Shown here: piece by piece, positions 27,085 to 35,759 of the stretch | How positions within the stretch are numbered: position 1 is the first letter of the stretch | Layout of the letters: every line of letters begins with the position of its first letter | Source of the DNA: a virus | Virus record (IMG/VR): IMGVR_UViG_3300009104_000016 | Span: 4,337 to 68,336 of that record | Direction: 5' to 3' (one strand) | Length of the DNA stretch: 64,000 nucleotides | The notes under the pieces: generated by a model | The model's input: the letters and a program-made list of their open reading frames with translations, nothing else | Told to the model about the DNA's origin: nothing | The model's database searches: none | Program-made: the position numbers and the translations under genes

Positions 27085-28139
27085 AAACAATAATTACTCA
27101 CGATAGTATAGTTATATTCGAAAACGACGGAGAAGTACGAATCATTCCTCGTTCAGATCCTAATTACAACGCTCTTGCCAATGGCATTATAGGCAACAAC
27201 CTAGACGAAGAAGCCATCAACGATTTAGCAGACCCTTCTGCATATTTAGATAAAGCTTCCGACGGTAAGTTACGTTTTCAAGATGAAATCCCGCAGCTAA
27301 AGCAAACCGACGGCACGTGGATAAACATACCAAAACAAACCCACGACAGGCTTATGCACTTCATTCAAGAGCGTAATCCCTTAAACCCGTTCATACACTT
27401 CCATGAACACCTACAGAAGAACCCAAGTTTCAACAGCAGAGAACAGTTGTTTAACTTCATAGACGACCGCAACATGGCCGTTACACCTTCAGGGGAAATC
27501 TTCGGCTATAAAGGAGTACAATCCGATTATTGGAGCCATCACGGAAACCAGAATACCAAACTAATCCAAGGAGTGACAGATGGATTCGGCCGAATTCTCA
27601 ATACCGTTGGTTCAACGATTGAGATGGAACGAAGTCAAGTTGACGACAACCCCGATCATGGGTGTTCTGCTGGACTCCACCTCGGTACACACGCTTACGC
27701 CAATAACTGGAGAGGAGATGACGGAAGGTTTATGTTGGTTACTTTCAACCCAGTCGATGCAGTATCCGTTCCCAACGATGGGTTTGAAAAGTTAAGAGTA
27801 TCCAAATACACAGTAGTAGCCGACATCACGGAAAACCCCCATGCTTTGACTCTTCCTTGTTATACGGTAGAAGGAGAAAAAATAGAAGCCATCGAAAAAG
27901 CTCAAAACATAGAAGGAGTCAATTTCTCAGACATTGACCCAAAACTTCTAAAAATACTCCAAGCTAAATTGAAACTCTCCGTGGCCTTAGCAAAAGGAAA
28001 GTCTCCGAAATTGGAAAAATTCTTAGTCAAACACGACATAGATATCGCAGACATAGGGGAAGTGCTTGAGGACAACGCATATGTAGACCAAGGAAGGATC
28101 AAAGCCTTCCCTTTCGATCAAATGCCTCACAATAATTAA
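27081..28139 (+). CDS. rIIB: rIIB-like protein
   Basis: NPS...QLFNF...TPSG...GYKGV...MERSQVDDNP..GCSAGLH...NPVDAVSVP.D...KLRVSKY is the rIIB signature. Confidence 0.9.
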   Translation: MKTIITHDSIVIFENDGEVRIIPRSDPNYNALANGIIGNNLDEEAINDLADPSAYLDKASDGKLRFQDEIPQLKQTDGTWINIPKQTHDRLMHFIQERNPLNPFIHFHEHLQKNPSFNSREQLFNFIDDRNMAVTPSGEIFGYKGVQSDYWSHHGNQNTKLIQGVTDGFGRILNTVGSTIEMERSQVDDNPDHGCSAGLHLGTHAYANNWRGDDGRFMLVTFNPVDAVSVPNDGFEKLRVSKYTVVADITENPHALTLPCYTVEGEKIEAIEKAQNIEGVNFSDIDPKLLKILQAKLKLSVALAKGKSPKLEKFLVKHDIDIADIGEVLEDNAYVDQGRIKAFPFDQMPHNN

Positions 28140-28198
28140 CTAGTATATCAAAGCCGGCACATCAGCTGGCACACTCTCTAATTTAAGGAACAATCATA

Positions 28199-30484
28199 AT
28201 GTTATTACAAAATTCAGCCAAACCTATCCTAGAATCTGAAGATTTCGAAAGTATTGAATTCGATTTCGATAAAAAATCAAAACATATAATCACAGACATC
28301 TTGTCCAACAGGATGTACAGCTATAAGGCTCGCTCGATACTAAGAGAGTACGCAGCCAACGCTCAAGACGCCAATAATGTTAACCCCAAACTTAAAGACA
28401 AAAGAATACATGTGAAACTACCCACCTTCTCTTCTCCTTTTCTAGAGATAAGAGATTTCGGTTTGGGTATGACGCATAAAGAAGTAGCGGAAACCTTCGT
28501 AAAATACGGAGCCTCCACCAAAAGAGAATCCAACGATCAAATAGGAGCCCTAGGCATGGGCGGAAAAAGTTTCCTATGTATGGCTAAACAAATGGTTGTG
28601 ATCTCAAAAACGGAAAACACTACCACCACCTATGATTGCGTGCTTAACGAGTTTAAGTTACCCACCCTCAAAGTCATAGATTCATCTCCTAATCCAAACC
28701 CCAATGACACAGGAGTTCTTATTAAGATACCTATTCAACAAGACGACTGCCACTCCTTCGAAAGAGAACTAGACCTCTTTTCTCACTGGTCTCCCGAACC
28801 TCTTGTGAAAAACTATGAAATACCAGCCACTCCTATTGCAGAAACCGATCACGTAAATGTTGAGGGACTGGGTTCTATCAAATACCACATACGAGGAGGC
28901 GACGAAAGTAGAGTTACTTCTTTAATTATCATGGGAGGCGTTCCTTACAAAACATCTCATAACGAGTTTAGGAAAACTTCAGATCAAGACTTCTGGGGCC
29001 CTCAAGGAAACTTTATAGTGCACGTCCCCATCGGAGCCGTATCAGTCACTTCCTCAAGAGAAGCACTTGAGTATGACGAACACACAATTAAAAACCTAAC
29101 CGCAATATCTCGAGAAATAACCAATAAAGCAGTTAACAACATCCTCAATAAGTTAAGCGAATTCGATAACTTCTTAACAGCCGCCAAATATTACGACGGC
29201 TTAATTGGAAATCTCAGCGCTCCCGTCAGAACAGAACTTAAAAACTCAAAGCCCAATTTCAAGGGCATGAGACTGGACGTCCACCTTAACCCACCAACAG
29301 GTGAAGCGACTCTCTACTTATTCACATGGAAAAAGACATGGTACAGCGGCAGTGACAAAGAAAAAATTCAAAAAGACAAAGCCAGAGGCCTAGCCTTCGC
29401 TGATTCAGAATTCTACTCACATATTACCGAAGCAGAAGATGAAAACGGAGACCCTCGCATATCCCCAACAGTATATAGAAGAGCTAAAATAAGACTTCAA
29501 GCCAACGGCGAGCTTGAAAACGTCTATGTACTCGCAGGTACTCAGGAAGAAATAGACGAAGCCAAGAAAAACCACGACTTGTGGAACAATCTCAATATTG
29601 AAAGCGTATCTACAATCCCGTTACCCAAGATAGTTCGCCAAAACAAAAATGGTGACACAATATCAGCAGGCCCTACAGGTTTAGCCTTTAAGCTAAATCC
29701 CTTCGGCTCGAGTAAAAACGACATCTTCGAAATTCCCGAAGAAGACAACCTACTCGACAGAAACGAAAATGTCATATACATACCCATACATTCAAAAAAA
29801 CCTTACATAGATACCCCCGGTGATTGGTCAATGGAAGACCTTAAGAAAGATCTAACTTGTTACCTACCGTTGCTAAGGTATGAAATAAATGCAGGTACCA
29901 TCGATTACCCATCATTGGAGTTCTCCAGTTCCCGAAAAAACTCCCCTTTTTGGGTAATATCCAAAAGATTACTGTCCAACCCACCTAATAATTGGGTTAG
30001 CTGGCACGATTGGAAAAAACATAAACTACAAGATGCTTTACGGAATCTTCAAGATCTCCTCGCATATTCTGCTTGGCAAGAACTGTTCCACGGATACAGA
30101 AGTGACGAAATTCGAGCACTAGGCTCTCTGCTACGCCCACTAGATGAATTAAGATATGAAAACAAACTGAAAATCATCAATTCAATGGGCAGCCTAGCAC
30201 CTCTCAAAAATTTAATCTTTGAGGGAGATAGAGAGGAAGAGCTTAAAGCTTACTACAACACCTTCATAGAAATCTACTCCATGTATCCTATGCTTAACTT
30301 GAGGAACAAAGCAGATGTCATAAACGATATTCTTGAACCACTGGCTAAAAGCGTAATAAAAAGCTTAAACGAAAAACCAATACAAAGAGCCGTTTTGCAT
30401 TCTATTACCGCAGGCCAAGACAGGTATACAATTACAGAACCTAACTGGGTACAAGTTTGGAAAACACTTAAGCATCTTCTTTAA
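28199..30484 (+). CDS. rIIA: rIIA-like protein (GHKL ATPase N-terminus)
   Basis: MYS...REYAANAQDA, IRDFGLGM, YGASTK...IGALGMGGKS and SREAL.Y motifs. Confidence 0.9.
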   Translation: MLLQNSAKPILESEDFESIEFDFDKKSKHIITDILSNRMYSYKARSILREYAANAQDANNVNPKLKDKRIHVKLPTFSSPFLEIRDFGLGMTHKEVAETFVKYGASTKRESNDQIGALGMGGKSFLCMAKQMVVISKTENTTTTYDCVLNEFKLPTLKVIDSSPNPNPNDTGVLIKIPIQQDDCHSFERELDLFSHWSPEPLVKNYEIPATPIAETDHVNVEGLGSIKYHIRGGDESRVTSLIIMGGVPYKTSHNEFRKTSDQDFWGPQGNFIVHVPIGAVSVTSSREALEYDEHTIKNLTAISREITNKAVNNILNKLSEFDNFLTAAKYYDGLIGNLSAPVRTELKNSKPNFKGMRLDVHLNPPTGEATLYLFTWKKTWYSGSDKEKIQKDKARGLAFADSEFYSHITEAEDENGDPRISPTVYRRAKIRLQANGELENVYVLAGTQEEIDEAKKNHDLWNNLNIESVSTIPLPKIVRQNKNGDTISAGPTGLAFKLNPFGSSKNDIFEIPEEDNLLDRNENVIYIPIHSKKPYIDTPGDWSMEDLKKDLTCYLPLLRYEINAGTIDYPSLEFSSSRKNSPFWVISKRLLSNPPNNWVSWHDWKKHKLQDALRNLQDLLAYSAWQELFHGYRSDEIRALGSLLRPLDELRYENKLKIINSMGSLAPLKNLIFEGDREEELKAYYNTFIEIYSMYPMLNLRNKADVINDILEPLAKSVIKSLNEKPIQRAVLHSITAGQDRYTITEPNWVQVWKTLKHLL

Positions 30485-30500
30485 CCCAAAACTCGCTCTT

Positions 30501-30575
30501 AGGAGAGTGGGTCAAAACTGTCTACGATTAAGTCTCATCCCTTTGTACTTAATTACTGACTAGGCCCACTCTCCT
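30501..30575 (+). other. Extended intergenic RNA hairpin
   Basis: AGGAGAGTGGGTC/GGCCCACTCTCCT outer stem with nested GTC/GAC and ATTAAGT/ACTTAAT. Confidence 0.6.
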
Positions 30576-30602
30576 TCCTTTTAATACTTATCTATATCAA
30601 AA

Positions 30603-31025
30603 ATGAAAGACTGTAATCCTAATAATTATAATCTCGTCTTCAAAGAATCCAAAAGATTTACAACAGCCAAAACACGTGAAGAGTGTTGGAATCGTTTTCC
30701 TACAATTAAATATAAAACAATTGGAGAATTGAGCCAAATAGTTCGAAATGAACCCCATCTCCACGACAAATGGGTAACCACTCTCGAAAGAGCTGGTATA
30801 AACTTCAGATATCTAAGCAAACACCACGTCAGTCCCTACATCAGCTTTTGGCACGACCCGACGCCAACTAGATGCTACTCAGGTCACAATCCCCCAACCC
30901 ACTCCCTGTACACAGGATCAGGTTTGTTCCAAGGCCACGCATGCATAAAAAGCTTAAAAACATTAAGCGACTTTCTCGTTAACTACGGAGAGCAATTGCT
31001 GCATAGCTATGAAACTCCACGCTGA
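30603..31025 (+). CDS. Hypothetical early protein
   Basis: 140-aa ORF. Confidence 0.65.
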   Translation: MKDCNPNNYNLVFKESKRFTTAKTREECWNRFPTIKYKTIGELSQIVRNEPHLHDKWVTTLERAGINFRYLSKHHVSPYISFWHDPTPTRCYSGHNPPTHSLYTGSGLFQGHACIKSLKTLSDFLVNYGEQLLHSYETPR

Positions 31026-31251
31026 TGTAATAGACATAAAACCCCAAAACCACGCATCCAATCCCGTTACACCCTCCAAACCACTTGTAACATGCGAAAC
31101 ATGTCAAGGATCGGGACTGGAACAATCGCTCCACTTTAAGTTAGGAGCTTATCTGTCGCACGAATACTGGTGTGCCCACCCTAACACAGTCAGCACAACG
31201 CCGACACAATGTGAATCTTGTGGAGGTACAGGTGTACATATACTACGATGA
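31009..31251 (+). CDS. DnaJ-type CxxCxGxG zinc-finger protein
   Basis: CETCQGSG and CESCGGTG. Confidence 0.75.
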   Translation: MKLHADVIDIKPQNHASNPVTPSKPLVTCETCQGSGLEQSLHFKLGAYLSHEYWCAHPNTVSTTPTQCESCGGTGVHILR

Positions 31252-31478
31252 CAGATAAACATAATGGAAAATGGAAGGCAGCTAAACGCCATGAAATGGA
31301 AAAACTCCCAGATTGGATCGAAGACCATTACCTCGAAATAAACCTAGATCCCTATATCCGTTTCATAGCCCCCGACCCTCTAATCGATACGCTGAAACAT
31401 GAACCCGACACACATGAGGTATTTAGAGACCTCTTCTGCATACATTCACATCTCTATAGAGACCAAGATGAATTATGA
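31248..31478 (+). CDS. Hypothetical protein
   Basis: ATGA-coupled start (MTDKHNGK). Confidence 0.6.
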   Translation: MTDKHNGKWKAAKRHEMEKLPDWIEDHYLEINLDPYIRFIAPDPLIDTLKHEPDTHEVFRDLFCIHSHLYRDQDEL

Positions 31479-31551
31479 AACCATATTGGACTGGGCATGG
31501 GTCTTGATTCTCCTGTTCTTGACCATGCTCTTCTCCTACCTGATCCACTAA
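31468..31551 (+). CDS. 27-aa single-TM peptide MNYETILDWAWVLILLFLTMLFSYLIH
   Basis: Read manually. Overlaps the upstream stop and ends 3 nt before a terminator. Confidence 0.5.
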   Translation: MNYETILDWAWVLILLFLTMLFSYLIH

Positions 31552-31554
31552 ACC

Positions 31555-31594
31555 AGCCCGCTTCATGCTTAATCAGTGTGGAGCGGGTTTTTTT
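31555..31594 (+). terminator. Rho-independent terminator ending the early block
   Basis: AGCCCGCTTCATGCT-taatc-AGTGTGGAGCGGGTT followed by a T-run. Confidence 0.85.
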
Positions 31595-31603
31595 ATGTTT
31601 TCA

Positions 31604-32194
31604 ATGCCCTCTGACATTCATCTATCAATCCTACGGGCTTCCCTTTTGAAGTTTCATATAAAAAAAGAAAGAGAACAAACTTGTATGGCTAAATTAATAG
31701 CTCAAGGAGACGCAACGGCTCCGTTTCTAAAGTCCGTTGCAATTATTAACGCTAGGATCGATTCTCTTCGATTCGTGGTTGATGCGTCGGCGTCCGTGTT
31801 AGGATACCAAGCCCGCTTCGCTAACATATTAGACGGGTCTCCCGCCTTCATGGTAGCTGGTAATTACGAGTCAGGAGAGCGTCTCGACCTGTCCTCTGAG
31901 GATACTATGTCAGTACTCCGCACGATGCTTCGTGGTTGCAAGATCAAGAACGACGAACTCGAAGAGTTAAATACTCTGATAACGGATCTATCGAATGTTA
32001 CTCCGTTGGCATTAGATAGTAAATCGTTTGGGCCGCCAATGGGCAAGTTCTACACTACTGGGTTTACAGAAGCGATAAAAAGCTTACTCGAAGCCCAAAA
32101 GGAACTTGTAACATGGCGACTGACGCCGATTGAGACCAAAGATCCGCACCATGTTTATGTGGATTTCGTATCCGACATGGATAGCGACTTCTAG
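31604..32194 (+). CDS. Hypothetical helical protein
   Basis: ORF between two terminators. Start is uncertain (31595 or 31604). Confidence 0.65.
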   Translation: MPSDIHLSILRASLLKFHIKKEREQTCMAKLIAQGDATAPFLKSVAIINARIDSLRFVVDASASVLGYQARFANILDGSPAFMVAGNYESGERLDLSSEDTMSVLRTMLRGCKIKNDELEELNTLITDLSNVTPLALDSKSFGPPMGKFYTTGFTEAIKSLLEAQKELVTWRLTPIETKDPHHVYVDFVSDMDSDF

Positions 32195-32213
32195 AAGTTT
32201 TTGACTTCTGGGT

Positions 32214-32247
32214 GGGCACCTCGCCTACGGGGGTGTCCTTTATTTTT
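32214..32247 (+). terminator. Rho-independent terminator
   Basis: GGGCACCTC...GGGGTGTCC followed by TTTATTTTT. Confidence 0.7.
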
Positions 32248-32284
32248 GTTGAAAATGCCTTAAAATCCTCTTTTAATCTTCCGT

Positions 32285-32529
32285 GGGGCTTGGGGAAGCC
32301 CGCCATAGCTAATCCCAGAACTCCATAAAGAGGTACGGGGGGAGATGGGATGCGGACTATTCGTCCGCCAGTCGCCAGACCTTAGTCCTTAAGCTTCAGG
32401 CACATAGGTTTCAATCTTGAAATCTGATACCCGAGTATCTCCCTTTTGCGGCTGGCGGTCTGGCGGCTGGGACTGCGTCCTACCCCATCTCCCCCCGTAC
32501 CTCTTTACTCCATTCTGCGATTAGCTATG
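32285..32529 (+). ncRNA. Candidate structured non-coding RNA (long closing stem, branched apex)
   Basis: 24-bp perfect IR 32326-32349/32484-32507 plus further stems. TTGAAA-17-TTTAAT lies upstream at 32249-32277. Confidence 0.55.
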
Positions 32530-32573
32530 ACGATAGAAAAATATAAGGGATCCCTTTGTGCCGGGAAGTTATA

Positions 32574-32608
32574 CAACCGGTTGCCTGGGGTACCGTATTT
32601 GATACGTT
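32574..32608 (+). promoter_or_regulatory. Late-promoter motif CAACCGGTTG / TTGCCT-16-TACGTT
   Basis: At the head of the late block (ATG 32642). Confidence 0.6.
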
Positions 32609-32641
32609 TTTACCATTTAGGGAACCCGTATTTAAAAAATT

Positions 32642-33712
32642 ATGGACTTAGGAAGCTTCAAAAAGTGGGCCATGGACGCCCCAGCTCGTCGGAAACAGTT
32701 TAGAGATACGCTTTTTCGTGGGAGGTACGCCCCCACGCAGCAGCAGACTGCCGCCGGCACTCGATACCAATCGCCGGAGACTTTAAAAAAGATAGAAGAG
32801 GCTAAAAAGAAGGCGCAGGCTGAATACGACCGTCCCGCACCTTACGGGTACACAGCACCCGACGAGAGAGCTTTTGCGGTTAACGATGCACGCCCGAAAG
32901 AGGGTTTTATAACAGACCCTGCCTTACCTCGGTATCAGGAAAATGCGCAAACTCCCGGTTACGACGGTGTCCAGAGTCCGCAATTCATGCATAATCTTCA
33001 AAACGAGAGGAGAGCAGCCGATAACTCCCCCATGCCCGTAGATCAGGAAACGAGCCTCCAGGATCACTTCGACGCCACAAATAGAAAGTTTGGTAACGAG
33101 TACTACAACGAGCCCGGGACTTCTCCAAAACCAATTGCGCAGGGCCAGCTTCCCGTTTTCACTCCTTCTGAAGACCCCCTGTCGGGTGGTGGGAGTGGCG
33201 TAGAAGGTCTAGATTTAGGCGCTTTAGGTATACCGGCCCCTAAACCCGCCCAAAGCCCGCAACCGGGGAATGTAACGGGTAACCCCTACCAAAATTTGCT
33301 AGATAAACCTTGGTCGGACGAGGGAGCGACGGCAGATCCTCAATCGGTAGTGCAGAATAACTCCCTGCCAGGCCAAGCAGGCGGCGCCGACGCCTTTAAT
33401 GCGCGAGTTAATGCTTTAAAACAGCAAAATGCAGGCGCTTTGAAGCAAAAACAGGAACAACCGCAGGTAATGGCGGGTAGACCTCCCATTGCTCCCCCCG
33501 TTCAGCAGCAACAACCCCCCTTGGGTATGCCCGTAGCCCCGGAAAACCAAGAAGACTGGGAGAAAAAGAAAAATCAGCCCGTTGTACAGGGCCCCCAACT
33601 GCCTAAACCAGGGTTTCGCACCGGAAAACCGCAAGCTGGCCCCAATAGCGGAGACCCTAATAGAAGGCTGTTCCAGAGTCACTGGCAGCAGGGAGTGCGG
33701 AGACCTGTTTGA
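32642..33712 (+). CDS. Pro/Gln-rich low-complexity protein (possible internal virion protein)
   Basis: 356-aa disordered-looking ORF downstream of the late motif. Confidence 0.65.
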   Translation: MDLGSFKKWAMDAPARRKQFRDTLFRGRYAPTQQQTAAGTRYQSPETLKKIEEAKKKAQAEYDRPAPYGYTAPDERAFAVNDARPKEGFITDPALPRYQENAQTPGYDGVQSPQFMHNLQNERRAADNSPMPVDQETSLQDHFDATNRKFGNEYYNEPGTSPKPIAQGQLPVFTPSEDPLSGGGSGVEGLDLGALGIPAPKPAQSPQPGNVTGNPYQNLLDKPWSDEGATADPQSVVQNNSLPGQAGGADAFNARVNALKQQNAGALKQKQEQPQVMAGRPPIAPPVQQQQPPLGMPVAPENQEDWEKKKNQPVVQGPQLPKPGFRTGKPQAGPNSGDPNRRLFQSHWQQGVRRPV

Positions 33713-33763
33713 AGCTGGCTCTGTTAAATTTTCCGCCTATAACCACATAAATTTACGTATACT

Positions 33764-34648
33764 ATGAAATTCACGGCCTTCCTTTTGTTTATATCAACAT
33801 CCGTGCTCATGGCGGCACCCAAAGTGGCCGAGCATCTTCAGGACATATCCGTCACTATTAAGGCAGAAGACCGTTTCTCACGATCCGAAGGCTCCGGGGT
33901 CCTCATCATACGTAAAATCGACGGAGAGGACGTTACCTTCGTATGGACCGCCGCTCATGTGGTTGATAACCTGAGAAGCGTAAGAGAGGCCATAGACGCC
34001 AAAGGCAGTTCTCGGAAGGTCGTGGAGTTTAAGGATGCCAAGGTAGTTAAGGAATTGGTTGAAAGGGGTCGTCGAGTAGGCGAAATAAAGATGGACGCGC
34101 GCGTAATCAAGTATTCCGACTACGATGACGGCCACGACCTGGCGTTATTGATGGTCCGGGCCAAGGACTACGGCAAGGCGGGAGCTGAGTTCCTTATGGA
34201 GAAGAAGGACGACGTGGTCCCGATAGGTACCGAATTGTACCATGTGGGTTCCCTATTGGGTCAAATGGGCTCCAATTCCATGACTTCTGGCATAATAGCC
34301 CAGGTCGGCAGGACTCACGGCAAAGTGGAGTTTGACCAAACTACGGTTACGGCGTTCCCGGGCAGCAGTGGAGGAGGCGTATATTTGAAATCGGGACAGT
34401 ATGTAGGGATGTTGGTGCGGGGAGCCGGGGAAGGTTTCAATTTGATAGTGCCTATACGCAGAATGTATAAGTGGGCTTCCGAGAACGATATAATGTGGAG
34501 TCTGGACCCCAAGGTGAAATCTCCCACTATGAAAGAGATTTTGAGCATGCCCATTGAATCCGAAGCCCTGAAGGAGTCCAGTTCCGGTGACGATGACAAA
34601 TCCGTTGAATTTCCGTTTTTAATTAGGGAAACCACCATAGGAGAATGA
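33764..34648 (+). CDS. Trypsin-like serine protease with signal peptide
   Basis: WTAAHVV, HDLALL and PGSSGGGV catalytic triad. Hydrophobic N-terminus. Confidence 0.9.
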   Translation: MKFTAFLLFISTSVLMAAPKVAEHLQDISVTIKAEDRFSRSEGSGVLIIRKIDGEDVTFVWTAAHVVDNLRSVREAIDAKGSSRKVVEFKDAKVVKELVERGRRVGEIKMDARVIKYSDYDDGHDLALLMVRAKDYGKAGAEFLMEKKDDVVPIGTELYHVGSLLGQMGSNSMTSGIIAQVGRTHGKVEFDQTTVTAFPGSSGGGVYLKSGQYVGMLVRGAGEGFNLIVPIRRMYKWASENDIMWSLDPKVKSPTMKEILSMPIESEALKESSSGDDDKSVEFPFLIRETTIGE

Positions 34649-35046
34649 AGAAATCCTCCAAGAAGTTAAGGGAAGACGTACATAAGTTCATAGAGGAGGA
34701 CGACTACGCGAAAGCCGTGGACTGTCTTCGTCAAGGTATGAAAGCCCATCATGTCGTGAGAAGGAGTAGAGAGGACGGTGAAAGGGGTGTCGACTATGAG
34801 GAAGTGCCCGATCACGGCGTTCGCTTGACCAGCGCACGGCTTATGTTGGAGTACGGCTTCGGTAAACCGGCTACACGCCACGAAATTGCCGTTTCCGACA
34901 ACACGCAGAAGGCGGCGTCTCCCAAGGAGATTATGGAGAGACTTCGAGATTCGGGCCAGAATTTAGCGGAAATCATGGATGTTTACACAAGCTCGGTACA
35001 GGAAGCTGAAATTATAAAGCCAAAGGAGTTGATAAACCATGGATAG
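34645..35046 (+). CDS. Putative terminase small subunit
   Basis: PDH.VRL.SA..L.EY.FGKP helical motif, upstream of terL. Confidence 0.5.
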   Translation: MKKSSKKLREDVHKFIEEDDYAKAVDCLRQGMKAHHVVRRSREDGERGVDYEEVPDHGVRLTSARLMLEYGFGKPATRHEIAVSDNTQKAASPKEIMERLRDSGQNLAEIMDVYTSSVQEAEIIKPKELINHG

Positions 35047-35437
35047 TCCAGACCCGCTAAATCTCTTACAGTTATTGCAAGCCGCTTTTGAGGAAGGGAA
35101 TGCTACTAACATTAGACAGCTTCAGGGTGAAATCAGAAAGCTTGGCGTGGAACTCCCTCCCGAGCTCGCGTCTGATCCTGGAGATGATAACTCATACACC
35201 AATCCCGACGGCTATGCAGGCGAATACCGTTATTACGACGTAGAGCCCGTATCTATGCCGAAGAAGCCCGTTGCCGGGGAAAATCAACGTGGGGAGGGCG
35301 CAGCTGCAGCCGCAAAAGATGCGGCGCAAAGGCAGTACAACCGCTCCCTCGAAGTGCAGAAGGCCATAGCCGATGAGCAAAAGATGTACAACGAGGGGGT
35401 GCGGAGCGGCACTGGCAACCACCCTCTAAATCGATGA
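35039..35437 (+). CDS. Hypothetical protein
   Basis: Coupled overlaps. Confidence 0.65.
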   Translation: MDSPDPLNLLQLLQAAFEEGNATNIRQLQGEIRKLGVELPPELASDPGDDNSYTNPDGYAGEYRYYDVEPVSMPKKPVAGENQRGEGAAAAAKDAAQRQYNRSLEVQKAIADEQKMYNEGVRSGTGNHPLNR

Positions 35438-35634
35438 GTGAGCACGACGAATATTTGAACAGTCTGACACCGGTTCAGCGGCAATACCTGAACGAGGTGA
35501 TGAGCGTATTCATGCGCTGGTACGAGGAAAGCGACATGGAGGACGAGGAAATGGCCGACGTGGCCTCCTACGCCGTCGATCGCTTCTTCGGGATGGATGT
35601 GGATTTCTCCGCCGATTTTGGTTTCGAGGAGTAA
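35434..35634 (+). CDS. Small acidic protein
   Basis: ATGA and TAATG coupling. Confidence 0.7.
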   Translation: MSEHDEYLNSLTPVQRQYLNEVMSVFMRWYEESDMEDEEMADVASYAVDRFFGMDVDFSADFGFEE

Positions 35635-35759
35635 TGTGGGACCTGGCATCGATCAAGAAGATGAATACGGACGCCGAGATCCGTAAGCGGGTGGAACGTG
35701 CCCGAGCGCTCAACAGGGTCAGGAAAAAGGTCAAAAGTCAAAAGTCGAAGGGGGAATGA
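35634..35759 (+). CDS. Small basic protein (41 aa, MWDLASIKKM...), not in the ORF track
   Basis: TAATG start. Its TGA overlaps the terL ATG. Confidence 0.65.
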   Translation: MWDLASIKKMNTDAEIRKRVERARALNRVRKKVKSQKSKGE

